Below are positions 37,101 through 49,391 of a stretch of 64,000 bases of DNA, in pieces. The notes under the pieces are model-generated. The model did no database searches. It was given only the letters and a program-made list of their open reading frames with translations, and was not told the DNA's origin. The stretch's first letter is position 1. The number at the start of each line of letters is the position of its first letter. The stretch comes from Ramazzottius varieornatus (lineage: Eukaryota; Animalia; Tardigrada), in assembly GCA_001949185.1 (NCBI GenBank), contig BDGG01000011.1:62001-126000 (forward strand). The letters are read 5' to 3'. Both the position numbers and the translations under genes were made by a program.

Positions 37101-39771
37101 TCCGGTCGGAACGCTTCTGACCATTGAATTGTCCGACTTGTTGGATTATAGAAGCCCGAGACCTACAGAAACCGATGACGTTTTAATGGTGTGGAGCCTT
37201 CTTCCCTCCAGTACAAAACCCCGCGAGGAAATCCCGGGAACTCTAATCTCGTACTGCACATATCCCGCGATGTAAAAGTCCCGGGTTTTTGGTACAAAAC
37301 ATGAAATCTCGCGGAACCTGAATCGCGTACGACATATATCTCGGGTTAACAAAAATCCCGGAAACTGCATTCAAGTTAAGAACTACTTTCACGATTTGGT
37401 GAAACGTGGTTTACGCCTTAATTGAAATACACTCGCTTTGACTCTCGTAAGTATCGCGTTATTTTTAAGACCTGACGGTACGAACTCCCTAAACTACTCA
37501 ATTTATCCTGTCTCCACCGATGTGTCTCGAATCAGCAGGCTAATTAATCTTGCGTCGAGTGCGACCGTTATAGATCGAATTTGTTAGTGTATCCTGATCG
37601 CTTCCATAAGTTCAATTCAGTGGTCTATCTGCCTCTTTTCGCGTTTTCAAAACCGCGACGATACCCACGACGTCTAACGACAGCGTTGCTTTGCTGGCCA
37701 GTGATAGCGCTGTGGACTTATGGATGGGCTGGATAAGTAGTCTGTTAAGTCGCATAAAGGTGCAAGGAATGTTTACTTTTGTTGCACGCTATGAAAGTTT
37801 CCTGCTCTTCGTGATTTGTTCATGCTTCCATGTTGTCAGTTCCCCGGGATCTGCCAAGCAAGAACCATTTCACGCGTATCCGGCAGTCCCGGGATTTCGA
37901 TTTTGAAGTTTACCGGGATTTAGGTGGCACGAGATTTGATACCACCGGGATTTGCTACGTGAGAGATTTTAGTTCAACGGGATTTTAGTTGCCCGAGATT
38001 TATTTCTACCGGAAGCTCATCCCGAAAGAACGGCTCGCGGGATTTCGCAATCCCGAGATTTCGAACCGGTACTGTTTTAATGAGCGGAAGTGTAATGTAG
38101 AGAAGGAGGGTTTACCTGCATACTTCCGGTCGACACATTGTACGAGAAAAGGGCCCAGTGTAGGTCCCGTGTGCGATCCCCGTCAAAGTACACTGGCTTG
38201 CCGCCCAGCCGAAACGTTCGGTTGGCGACCTGTCTGGCTAGCCAGCTTCCGCTACAGTAACGAGTACTCTGAAGGAGGTCTCCGTAGCTTTCAATCAACA
38301 GCTGCGTGTAAACTTCTACCATGTCGAAAATCGGTCGCTTGTCAAAGTACGGCGGCGGCGCAGACGTTGGCTGAGAAAGAACGCTCTCTTATTTATATGA
38401 AAATTCTCATCGGGATCAAAAGTGATCATCAGAGATTCTAACACCGTCTTACTTGTGTTCGAATCTGAGCTCCGTTCAGACCTGAATCTGTTGAAGTGGT
38501 TTGCTGCGTCGTTGTAAATGCCAGCAAAGATCGATATGCGGCCAATTCCTGGTTCGAAAGAAGAAAATTCACCCACCCAATTTTTCAATTGTATCTGGAA
38601 GGTAATCAGATATTCTCCTACAGCAGAGGAAGTATTCCTGAGGTCCGGCATCTCCCCGGGAAGTTCCGAATCCGTCAGTTGAAAAGAGATGAATGCCTGT
38701 GAACAACCCGGACGTGCCATGGAGTCTCGTTTACCAATGGGGTGTCGAGGATAGCAATGCGAGACTTACGTATTCTCCGTTAGTCATTCCAAGTTCAGTA
38801 GCGGCTTTCTGGATATTAAAGATACAGAAAGCACGGGTTTAAGTTTTTATCAGAATGAGTTTCTCGACCAAATTTACCAAAAGCTCCATCGCCACCGAAG
38901 CTCGACAGCCGAGTAAGAATACTGAAATAAATTAAGACACGATGAAGATGGCACTTCGCAGTAGCGTATCACGGTACTTCCCAGCGGGAACAATGTGGGG
39001 TAATCCCTGCTGCTGGGAAGCATAAACAGTTCGCTGCAACGCAAGACCACTTGTACATCAGTATACGGTAAATAACCGTGAATAAAATTTTTGTTTATCG
39101 TATACTTATCTTACCTTGTGAAGGTGGGTATGTTCCATCCTGCAAAGTTGAAATCACCACTATGCCATTACCACAGTTCATTATTAAGCGGGGCCTTTGC
39201 CGTTACCCTCAGACATTGAAAGTTTAGAACTGGAGTAAGATATGGTTACTGGTTTGGTTCCTAGGTTTGGTACTTTACCTTTGTTGAGTTGTAGAACCTC
39301 ATCAGAGACTCCGCAGTCTGCGGAAAGGATAAGTCAAATGAACCAGCCAAACACAAAGTCGCCAACGACCGTCCTATTGCTGGCGCCAAGTGAGACCTAT
39401 TAGGAGTGGTGGGGCGTACCTGCAGACATTAACGCATAACAAATTCCTGGTTTGGTTCCAACGCGGTAGTACAATTCGGCTGCGATCCGCGCCATGTCGT
39501 CTTTGCTCTCCTGACAGGTCCGATACGAAGAACTGTGTGGGTATGACAAGACGGAGATGGCAAAGATACCACGATACTTAGCTCGAGCATCCTCCACTGC
39601 ACTGCTGAAAGTGGAACTTTGCCGGTACGACGAAACATTTAAACGCGATTCGGGAGTTACATTCAAGATCACAACTTCCAACGCAAAAGCAACAATGCAA
39701 CGATACAGAAGAAAAATTATCACTGCGTAAAGCAGAAGTCGCTTTCTGATTCTCGGCCGACGACAGTTCAT
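34185..39771 (-). CDS. Receptor guanylate cyclase (NPR/ANF-receptor-like) paralog with a degenerate cyclase active site; ectodomain has an apparent deletion (possible pseudogene)
   Basis: Signal peptide; ANF-receptor-type ectodomain exons (AAELYY, GMTNGEY, PPLDVPICGF); TM; kinase-homology domain (LRHENINVFLG, YCSRGTLHD, YIHGS..FHGKL, DIYSLGIVLYE); hinge (LLRLERYAQELE); cyclase (SVTIYSSDIDGF, LRIGVHTG, TYWL). Confidence 0.88.
37209..38074. mobile_element. Non-autonomous element with short TIRs (cagtac/gtactg) and arrays of subterminal atcccg/cgggat repeats, in a GC intron
   Basis: aaatcccggg-like motifs cluster at 37210-37370 and in the opposite orientation at 37840-38065. No TSD seen. Confidence 0.6.
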
Positions 39772-40809
39772 TGTAAAACATCTAGCGTAACTGACTTGAC
39801 GAGATCGAATTGAAATAGTACAAAGCTTCCATGCAGCCTCAATTGTAGCTCGCCAAGCCGACCCGGGCCCAGCAGTTAGTTCCTGGTGGCATCTCTGTCC
39901 AAGTGCAAGGCGAGGTGGCTGACGCTGCGCCAGGAGCTTTGTGAAGACGGGTTACAGGATCTTGTTATTCGAGTCTGTGGTGTCGCATTCTCTTCGTAGG
40001 TGTGTGCGCAGTCGGAAGACTTGCTGTTGACACTGTAGGCTTTACTCATGCATTTAGGAGTCGAACACATCTATCATAACCCATTGTGCAGGCGTTTGTC
40101 GCACTTATGTTCCAGAGCGCAATACAACTACAGCAGGTGCAAAGAAATGGTTCTCAAGAGATGCTTCCACTGCATGGGTAAGATTTTTGTTGCTTCGGGG
40201 TTTGGCTCTCAAAATTCTTGAGAAGATATTTTATCTTACTTTTTTTCCCAGATTCTCCACCAGCTTCCGTAATATTCATCAGTAATCTTTTATCGTTCAG
40301 TTAGTGCAGTACTAGCTCCTTGTCTGCCAAGCTTTCCATGTCGGCCGAGTACCGACGTGCTCACTGCGAGTACAGAACTTTAACTGGTGGAATGGGGTGA
40401 CCCAAATCAGCCGATGGGCAATTTTCAAACTTTTGGAATTAGGAAGATTGGCAGCCACGAAGGCCAATTCGGAAAACGTAGCCCCGGCCATTTTGATTTT
40501 TTCTGGATGCGCCGGTAATAGCCAAATTTGACCACAGGCCAAATCTCGGTAGAGGAGAACTCTCTTCGGTTTTTCTGAACAGATGCTGGGTGCGTACACG
40601 CACGATAGGTAGTTATGGGACACCAAGAATTATGGGACAGACCTTTTCGCTACGGCATTACGGAAGCACGTACGGAGTCTACGGACTCGACCGATTCGCA
40701 CTAACGTACTTCTCAACTCTTTTCTACGGTTAAATTTCCGTTTTTCCGTCTTTTCCAACAATACAACAGATTGTCACTGAAATTCAGATTTGTTTTCCGA
40801 GGAAATGTT

Positions 40810-41020
40810 TTTAGGGCAAAGTGATCATCGGGCATCGGGGCTGAAGTTATGAGGGTTCGTGACCGTTAGGGGTCACAGCTGTTCGGGGCCATAGTTCTTC
40901 GGGGATAAGGACATATTTTAGGGGCAGGTGCAGTTCGGGTGAGAAGTTGTTAGGGGAAAACGTTTTTCGGGTCCATGGTTCTTCGAAGCCACACTTAGGA
41001 CGAGTTGGAGTTAGGGGATA
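40810..41020. repeat. Degenerate minisatellite with roughly 15-16-bp period (tt(c/a)gggg core)
   Basis: ttagggg/ttcgggg cores recur at near-regular spacing. Confidence 0.6.
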
Positions 41021-41645
41021 ACGTACCCCACCAAGTGCACTATCAGTATGTAAACCTGCTAATGGCATCTCTAACCTGTGAAAAACCAAGCGAAAACAAG
41101 CAGCAGGTACGGTGGAGCTCTGGAAGAGGCGAAGGATGTGAAGGGAAGAGGCAGTGCCGCCAAGAAGACAGGAATCTCCAAGCAAACGATGGCGGGAGGC
41201 AGGCAAGCAAACACTTGGTTTCGACCGGCTAGCCTGAAATCAGAGCAGTCAGGTACCTAAATGATCCACCGTTCATCCCATGGCGACTTCCACGGAAAAG
41301 TCGATCACTCACCTGAGCAAGGAGAACGGGGAGAAAGCGAGGCCAGAAGACACGAACACCAAACACGAGATAGTAGGACGAGTCAGGCAGGCTAACACGA
41401 CGCTCTGTCGGCTAACCTGAAACAACAGCAGCGGGGTTGTCAGTAATGCACCACACATCCTTAGACGAGTTCCGTGAAGCTCGGTCACTTGCTTTATCTA
41501 GGACAGCAAGGGGAAAGTGAGACAGTGTAACTGGAACATCGGGAGACAAGAAAAAGGTTGAAAAGCATGGAAAGTCTGATGCCATACCGTATCAGACTGA
41601 ATCCAACAATCAAATGTTCAGAGATCTCTGGTGCGGTACAGCCTT

Positions 41646-42854
41646 CCCTGATGCCACAAGCCTTTTTTCCATTGAAAACAAATAACGTTTCTGTGATCAA
41701 CCCTCCAGAAACCATCAGCTTCTCAGTGACGCTGAGGTTTTAACGAGGGATACTCGATGTGCCAACCTCACACCAGCATAAACCATAAACAAATCCAAAC
41801 GGTTCTGTGATTTCACCCCACGGGAAGGTGGAGCCTAGTAAGACTTGGTTTTGATTGGTAGTTGGCTTGCTTCCCGTCGCTTGCTGATTTTCGCGAAACT
41901 TCGTTTTCGGAATTTCAGCAGAAGTCCGACATTTTGTTCGTCTCCATCATCTTGACTTGCAACAGGAACGGAATGCCGGAGGCACAGAGCGAAAGGATAA
42001 CGACGGAATCGGAGGAGCTGACTCTCTGCAGCTACCACGCTCGACAGTGGTGACTGAGTCAGCTGAAGGACTGATACCTGAGCCGATTTCTAAGGTGAAG
42101 TTTGCTCTCCATGTCCATTAATCATCTTAGAAAGGGGTCAAGCAACCTCGAGATGCCTGCCATATCGCTTCTGCGACTTGCTTGCTGTGTTACAGGTACG
42201 GAAAAGAGACTGAGAACGTCTGCTCCCTTGCGATATCGCTCAGTAGCCATCAATCAATCAAGTGAGTGATGATGCTTGTGGGCTGTGGAGTGTGGATGAT
42301 GGATTTATATTTTGTCAGAATTTAGAAGTTTGGTACTGCCGGTTGTTCTTTCAGATTCTACCTGGGGATTCCTTCTTCTATCTTGTAAACTCTGTTAACC
42401 TGGATGTCGCAGAAGAGCATGTTGGTGGAAGCAGGCTGCACATCACCCTCGAATTTTGTTTTGCCTCGTGTATTGTTATCTTCTCAGACTTCGAGCGATA
42501 TCGCTTCATGTTTCGTGGTTCTTCAGACTCTTGTCAGTTTTCCAAATCCATACCTGACTTCCTGCGTCCTTTCTTTTTGTTTTGTCTTTGTGGTTTGGTG
42601 AAGTAAAGAACGGTGGAACCGAAAACAAGAAAAATTATCTTTTTGGGTTTCATTCGGGTTTCATTCCCAGTAAAAACCATGAAAAATTCATAACGTTTTC
42701 ATGCCCCATAAACTTATTTTTCCCAGCGGTAAATCAGTAATGTCATTTTCATGTCAATTTTTAGGTTCCCTGTGGGTTTGTGCCTGGACCATAGCTGAAA
42801 CCTCAAGGATTCCAGGAGGTTTCAGCGATGGATCTGAAGGCCGTGGCAACAGGG
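41646..42854. mobile_element. About 1.2-kb non-autonomous TIR element (CCCTG termini, CMC/EnSpm-like), copy 1
   Basis: Termini ccctgatgccac...gtggcaacaggg with CTT on both flanks. It is the diverged reverse complement of 44255-45515 along its length. Confidence 0.7.
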
Positions 42855-43011
42855 CTTGGGTAAGATTTCCCAAAAGCTAACGCCATTTTACCCGTTCGAA
42901 CAATCAATGCTGCGGGACTGTGCAGGATACATGAACCCTGGCTATGGGTTCAGCCGCTTCAGCACATATGGAGCCAGGAGGCTAAAGAGAAGGTCAAAGA
43001 GGCCCGCCTTG

Positions 43012-43550
43012 CAAGGGGATTTTTCCAATCCACCGCCTCTGATCCTCAAACCGATATGCCAGGTCGATAGAAAAAAGTTTTTCTATCGTCTAAGCCAAAA
43101 ATCTAGTCATCGTTCCGTTCCTGGAATAAACTAGAGGGTTCAGAAGTGATAGTCCACTGACCGCTAAAATGCGCCACGATGACGTAAAAGTTTATTGATT
43201 GCCACTTTGATTGACCACAAAGCGATCAGCTGATCCTCGTACTGTTGACTTTGCCCGCACTACACGCCTGAACATGCTAGAAACACACAAAAGCAAGCCT
43301 TCCGCTGCACAGTCAACAGTACGGGCCATCAGCTGATCGCTTTGCGGTCAATCAAAGTGGCAATCAATAAACTTTTACGTCATCGCGGCGCACTTTAGCG
43401 CTCAATGGACTATCACTTCCGAGCCTCCAGTTTATTCCAGGAACGGAATGATGACTGGGTTTTCGGCTCAGACGATAGAGGAAACTCTTCTCTATCAACC
43501 TGGCATGTCGGTTTGAGGATGAGAGGCAGCGGATTGAAAAAATCCCTTTG
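43012..43550. mobile_element. 539-bp foldback element (about 240-bp arms), PIF/Harbinger-like; same family as 14277
   Basis: Arms pair extensively (e.g. gatgacgtaaaagtttattgattgccactttgattgacc / ggtcaatcaaagtggcaatcaataaacttttacgtcatc). Termini caaggggatt/aatccctttg; flanks TTG/TTA. Confidence 0.82.
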
Positions 43551-44254
43551 TTAGGTTATGCATGGATTAAATTTTGCGCCCGCTGAGTGCATGGCAGGCA
43601 CGGAACGGAATGAGTCGTCTTGCCATTGAAGTTTCCATTGCACTCCCTACGGTGTCTACGGCACCTCAATAAAACCTAATAAACTCAAGTCTATCGGACA
43701 TGAAGGTTCCTGACTTGCACCAAATAGCCAGAAAATTGCCACCGTATAGAACCCCGACGTGGCCCAGATTTCTCTCTAACGGAATTAAGGATTCAAGTCT
43801 CCACACGCTCTCCGGACCGGTAATATAGCTATACGGATACGCAACTCATACTACCGGCTGCAAGGCTTTGCAGCCGGGAATAGCGTTTGTGACGTCGCTC
43901 ACAAGAGCAGCGTTGGCCGTAGCGCTCACCATCGCCGAAGCGAAACCTATGTGTTGTGTGGCTGTGCGGTACATAATTAGAGGTATGGCTTGCGCAATCC
44001 ACACACTTGCATATTTTAATGCTCATGACGGTGCACCGCGCATGCCCTACTTATAGTGCGCGTTCTAAGCTCCGCCCCCATTTCAGAAAGTACTCCAACG
44101 TACTCGCGGACTGCGTATCCGTATAGCTATGACCGGGAAGCCTTCACTTCCGCCTCGGTTTCTTACACAGACTGTGAGCCATCTCTAGTTGCATGGACGG
44201 CACCCATCGATGCGTCCAGACGATCCCGAACTGCCCACAGGAAACTATACCCTT

Positions 44255-45515
44255 CCGTGTTCCCACAGCTATTAAAACCGTCGCTGAACCTCCTGGAATC
44301 CCTGAGGTTTCAGCTATGGTCCAGACATGAACCCACAAGTAACCCAAATAGCGACATGAAAATGACATTACTGGCTTACCGCTGGGAAATATCTGACTAT
44401 CGGACATGAGAAAGTTCTGAATTTTTCAAGGTTTTCACTGGGACCAAAACCCTCGTAAAACCCAAAATGATGATTTTTATTGCTTACGATTCCACTGCTC
44501 TTGACATTACCAAACAGCGAACGGAAGAAGAAAAGGAAGGTCGAAGGGAACCGAAGATCAACTAGAAGACAACCTGAATACCACAAACCATAACTGAAAG
44601 GTCTGGAAAGCCGTGAAACATAACGCGAAATCGCAGGGAAGAAAACAGTGTGCAGCACAGTAAGTTAAGACAAACTTGATGTGAACATCTAGAGTACTTT
44701 CATGAAGATGCTCCTCTGCGACTTCCATGAGAACGCAGTCGATCCGCTGGTAGCAGAAGCATTGCCCAGACGATGTCTGAAAGAACAAGAGGTTGCCCTA
44801 GAAATCGACAAGTCCATACTTCATTAACGAAATTTCTGGATTTATCATTCGCACGTGTCACTCACTCGATTGGTTGATGATTCTCGAGCGATATTGCAAG
44901 CGAGTAACCGTTCTTAGCCTCTGCCAGCCACCTGAAACACAGCAGATACATCGCAGAAACGACGCCGTAGGCATCTGGGGTTTATGTGCTCACTCTTGAA
45001 GTGCCCAAGAGTGTTGAGAAGCAGACTATACCTTCGAAATCGGCTACGGCATTACACAGCTGACTCCAGCCTCCAAAGAAGAGCGTAGACGATGCAGAGT
45101 CAATTCCGCCGATCAGATCGTTCTCCGATCGTTTCCAGTCTTCAGCACTCGTTTCTCAAAAAGTTCGATATTCATGACGAACAAGTAAAAAGACGTTTGC
45201 CATGCGAGTTAGGATGGAGGAAAACAAATATCAGACCCCAACTGAAATTCCGAAAACGAAATTTTACGAAAGTCAGCAAGCGATCGGAAGCGAGCAAATC
45301 ACCAATCAAAAACCAATTCAAACTAGGCTCCACCTCCTTATCGGGAGAAATCACAGAACCGTCAGGATCATTTTATGGTTTGTGCTGGTGCGACATCAGC
45401 ACATCGGGTTCACCTCGCAAAACCCTCAGCTTCACTGGGAAGCCGACGGTGGGCCAAGGTTTAGCCACAGAAACATTTGTTTATTTTAATGTGAAAAAGG
45501 CTTGTGGCAACAGGG
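44255..45515. mobile_element. About 1.26-kb non-autonomous TIR element, copy 2 (inverted relative to 41646-42854)
   Basis: Colinear reverse-complement similarity, e.g. cctcctggaatccctgaggtttcagctatggtccag vs 42783-42820 and tgaaattccgaaaacgaaattttacgaaagtcagcaagcga vs 41877-41915. Confidence 0.7.
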
Positions 45516-46107
45516 CCTATTTCTGCTTATCACGTTATGTTTATTAATATGTGATAATGGTAGCGTACTCCGCACTGAATTAATTGGTCTTTCCGCCTTT
45601 AGCTATTAAGCATTCCACTGAAGAAGACACAGCTAGTTGCCGGGATCGGCAAGAAAGGATAAAATTCGTACGAGAAAGACGGAATTCACTTCAGATACGA
45701 CCTGGGTAGCCATGCAATTGCTTGCGTCAAACGTACAACGCGCGATCTCGATCCCTACGGACTTCTCACGGAGGGAACTTTGAATCTTTTATTTTAAGGC
45801 AGCTGGTGACAACAGGAAGACGAGACATACGGTGAAACCCATCCGTAGGCTTCCACCGATCTTTCTGATGATACGACCTGTGAGCCATGGCAGATTGAAT
45901 ATTCAACTTTATGATGATGTAATTTGCACTGCTCCTACGAGCATCCTCCGGTTCTGCACCTAAGTGAACTCGAGAATAAGTGTGTTTCACTCCGATCACG
46001 ACGTGTCCGAAAGATATTGGTTACCTCAGTACCAAGATTTACAGTTTTCCTCAAAACTTCTACATGTACAGCTTGGTTCCACGACGTTACTATCTACATC
46101 AGTCAAC

Positions 46108-49100
46108 ATGCGTCTTCGGCTTCTCATCTGGCTTTTAATTTTTCCTGCGATCAACGGACTCGAAGTGGTATTCGTAACTCTTCTACCTCACTACGCGCCG
46201 CTGATAACTTCGATGCGAGCTTTGGGGGCTGTGTTGAACTTAACAGTTGAGCAAGCACAGCGAACGTATCAGTTTCGTTTTAACGTTACCATCAAAGATG
46301 TCTACAGTCCATTATATCGATCTTGTGCCGATGTCGAAGCGAACCAAGCTTGGATGGCAGCCGAATACTATTACAGAGCCGCTTCCAGCCAGAAATGTTT
46401 GGCTCTTATTGGGTCAGGTGCGGTACTGTACACTTGTGCAGTTTGATATTAGATAAAACCAACGTTCTTGAAATACTAATGATTCGTTCCTTGAAGGATG
46501 CAACGACCCGTTGACAATGGCGAAACTTGGCCGAGGTAGGTGCATATCATGCATTTTACACATCTCCAAATATGTTTAAAGTTTGTATAAACTTGCTCAA
46601 AGTTTTTAATTGTAATCATGATGTCGAGTTGTAAGTCTCTTTCTAGAGTGGAATCTTCCTTTCTTCCCGAGGTACAGTCATTTGTTTGAGTGCTGAACCG
46701 CAACCCCACCATTTACTTTGTGTGTCGCAGCGGCTACGGTATGCCCCTTGGAAGACGCCAGCAGTACCCGACCATCATCACTTTGGCAAGCACGAGCGTC
46801 CGATATGTGAAGATCCTATCCACAGTTTTCCAGCGCTTTCACTGGCAGCACGTAGTTTTCATCACCGACGCAGCAAATCCTATAACCTTTTATGCTGAAA
46901 TTACACAGCTCCTACAAGACGCCAAAATCGCCAGTGCAATGAGAGAAGATGGCTACCGGCTTGAGCTTCTGTCAATCGCTGGCAACAACTCGCAAAGCAT
47001 TGCAGATGCTCTAAGGGTTGGCCGTCAAAAGAACCGAGGTATATGAACAACAGTCGTCCGTATCCTTAGGCAACTCAATTATGCAGTATCACTCGGTGTT
47101 CATTACAGTGTTTGTGCTGGGATGTCATGTTCTCCTAGCCCGTGATATTCTGGTACGTTCACCTCTCTAACGGATAATCTGATGACGTCTCGGCGGGGTT
47201 ATAATATTCGAAAGTGCTGGTGATGTCGCAGGAAATAGCTACCCAGGCCAATATGACAAACGGAGATTACGTAAGCGACTCGGTGATGCTAATGTTCGGC
47301 GTACGGTTATTTATAAAGGGAGGTGTGACTCGTTCAATCCAGAGCCTGCGTTACGTACGATCAAAGGCCCGGCCGACACGGCCCTGAGTGAAGTATCGAG
47401 GTTTTCCCCTAGGAGGGGTTGAGCACGCTGACTCAGGGCCGTGTCGGCCGGGGCTTTGATCGTACGTAACGCATGCTCTGGTTCAATCTGACCATGAAGT
47501 CATGAGCACGCTGTTCTGGATTGCAGGTTTTCATTAATTTCCAGCCGATCGACCTACTTCCCTATGGGAAGTACGGTCAGTTAAGCAACGCCACGGACCA
47601 GGTATGTAGAATGAAATACGACGGCTCGGCAGTGGAGTGGCCACCGCGGGAAAACGACTGTCAAGTGGCCACAGGTAGACCTCAGCAGCCATTCCCTCAA
47701 ATCTTTTCGCTTTTCATTCATCCGATAGATACGAGGGAACGGTTGTTGAGTTAGCCGGCCTGTGGCGGAGTTGTTGAGTTAGCCACCGGTTACTAGGAGT
47801 AGGCCCTCGAAAGGCCTACTGGTTATGACGTGTGGCTAACTCAACAACCGAAATCTGGGGTGGCTAACTCGACGACCTTTCCCTCGCAATCATATTAACT
47901 TATTTATCAGACATAAGGAAGGCGAAACAAGGCTCGAAACGTTGAGGACGGATCTGCTGTAACGAACAGATTTGTTCGCTTACTTTGATAGCCAGATCTT
48001 GGCTATTTTCTACGAAAACTCTTCATCAGGAAGCAAGTTAAAAGTTGGACGGATGAGGAATCGAACCTCCAAATGCTGCTTACATGGCGAGCACTCGCAC
48101 CACTGGGCCATCCAAGCTATTAACTGCTCCGTGATTAACTTAGTGCGCCTTTGCGCACTAAGTTAATCAATCCTTACACTGTGGGAGAAGGCAGAGTGTT
48201 CTCAATGTTAAAAAGCCTGTTTTGACCAAATCAGCTGATTTTTATCAGTCAATCAACCATCCCATACGGTGCTTGGACCTTCGTAGTGTGGCCACTCCGA
48301 CGGCTAAATTCTGCGGTGGCCACTCCACTGCCGAGCCCTCTCGTACTGTGAATATTCGCTGCATCGCGCAGTACGCATACGTACGTGACAATACATCCCT
48401 TGAGGATGTTGCGCAATCCGAGAAACCGGACCGGGGATGTAGTTCACTTGCACGATGACCTACTGCGCGGATGCAGCGAATATTTAAAGTACTGCAAGAT
48501 TTGTGGGGACAGTCAAGCTCCACTAAGTCCACATTTCTGAGAATACTTGTAGCTTATGAATGGGTATCGGTCTCTGCTTCTGTTCACGGTACCACTTGGC
48601 TCCGCCACGACGGACGAGGATCTGAACCGTGAGATAGTAACATTGTCGAAAGAGATGTACAATTACACTTTCGAGCCAGGATCACAGGTAGCTGACCTTT
48701 AAATCCTTTTGAACAAAGGCGCGCTCCATCTGTGCGGGATCACGTGATTTGCAGCCCATGGACTATTTCGTGGTACAGCAAGCCCGAAACACAGTGGATC
48801 TCTTCGCGCAGCTGGTCAATGAAAGTCTCGAAGAAATACCGAACAAACCAAGTCTCTGTGGTGGCGCTGCCATCGCGGCTGCATTATCTAATCGGAACTT
48901 TGACTTAAACGGCAGGAAGATCTTTCTTGACAGCGAGGCCAACATGGATCTCCCATACACGTTATTCGCATATAACAGGTTCAGCTCACGGATGCAGGTT
49001 AGTCAGCGGTATCGACGGTACAAGGCTCGAAATGAGTGTTATGCACCTACAGTAGTTCACGCCATCTTCAGTGATCTTGTTCTTTAAAACCATTAGGCAG

Positions 49101-49391
49101 TGGCCTCTTACAATCCAGCCCAACGCGTGATGTCGTGGAGCGAGGACTTTGCAGCAGACTGGCCAAGCAGTCACAGTAATCCACCTCCAGATGTTCCGAT
49201 CTGCGGATTTTCTGGAGAAGAAGGACCATGCTTGTGGGAACGTAAGTTCCGAAAGTCAAGAGCTACTGGTGAGGCGGATGTAACCCCATGTTTGCCGTAT
49301 ACTAGGTCGCCAGAAACTGCACGACACCATCGAGAAAATCTGTGGGATCGCTGGAGGTCTCGCTGTTGTTGTGGTATTGGTGGCAGGGTAG
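46108..49391 (+). CDS. Receptor guanylate cyclase paralog: signal peptide, ectodomain and TM only within this window
   Basis: MRLRLLIWLLIFPAING; AAEYYY; EWNLP; YPTIITL; RFHWQHV; MTNGDY; PPPDVPICGFSGEEGPC; TM GIAGGLAVVVVLVAG. Exon boundaries mirror the 34185-39771 gene. No kinase or cyclase exons recognised downstream. Confidence 0.82.
47340..47480. mobile_element. hAT-type palindromic MITE (141 bp) in an intron
   Basis: 8-bp TSD gttcaatc (47332-47339, 47481-47488); about 50-bp near-perfect TIRs starting cagagc. Confidence 0.9.
47619..48343. mobile_element. Tc1/mariner-type non-autonomous element containing a nested 155-bp MITE (47732-47886)
   Basis: TIRs ggctcggcagtggagtggccaccgc / gcggtggccactccactgccgagcc; TA flanks. 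Confidence 0.8.
48346..48489. mobile_element. TA-flanked MITE (144 bp); inverted copy at 53816-53960
   Basis: TIRs ctgtgaatattcgctgcatc / gatgcagcgaatatttaaag; internal similarity to 53816-53960 in reverse orientation. Confidence 0.75.

Noticed and set aside
5345-49391. A chemosensory/ciliary gene cluster (BBS9, GR, GPCR, PEBP, receptor GCs)
   Set aside because: These receptor families are typically large, so co-location is expected by chance. Several members are disabled and no shared regulatory signal was seen.
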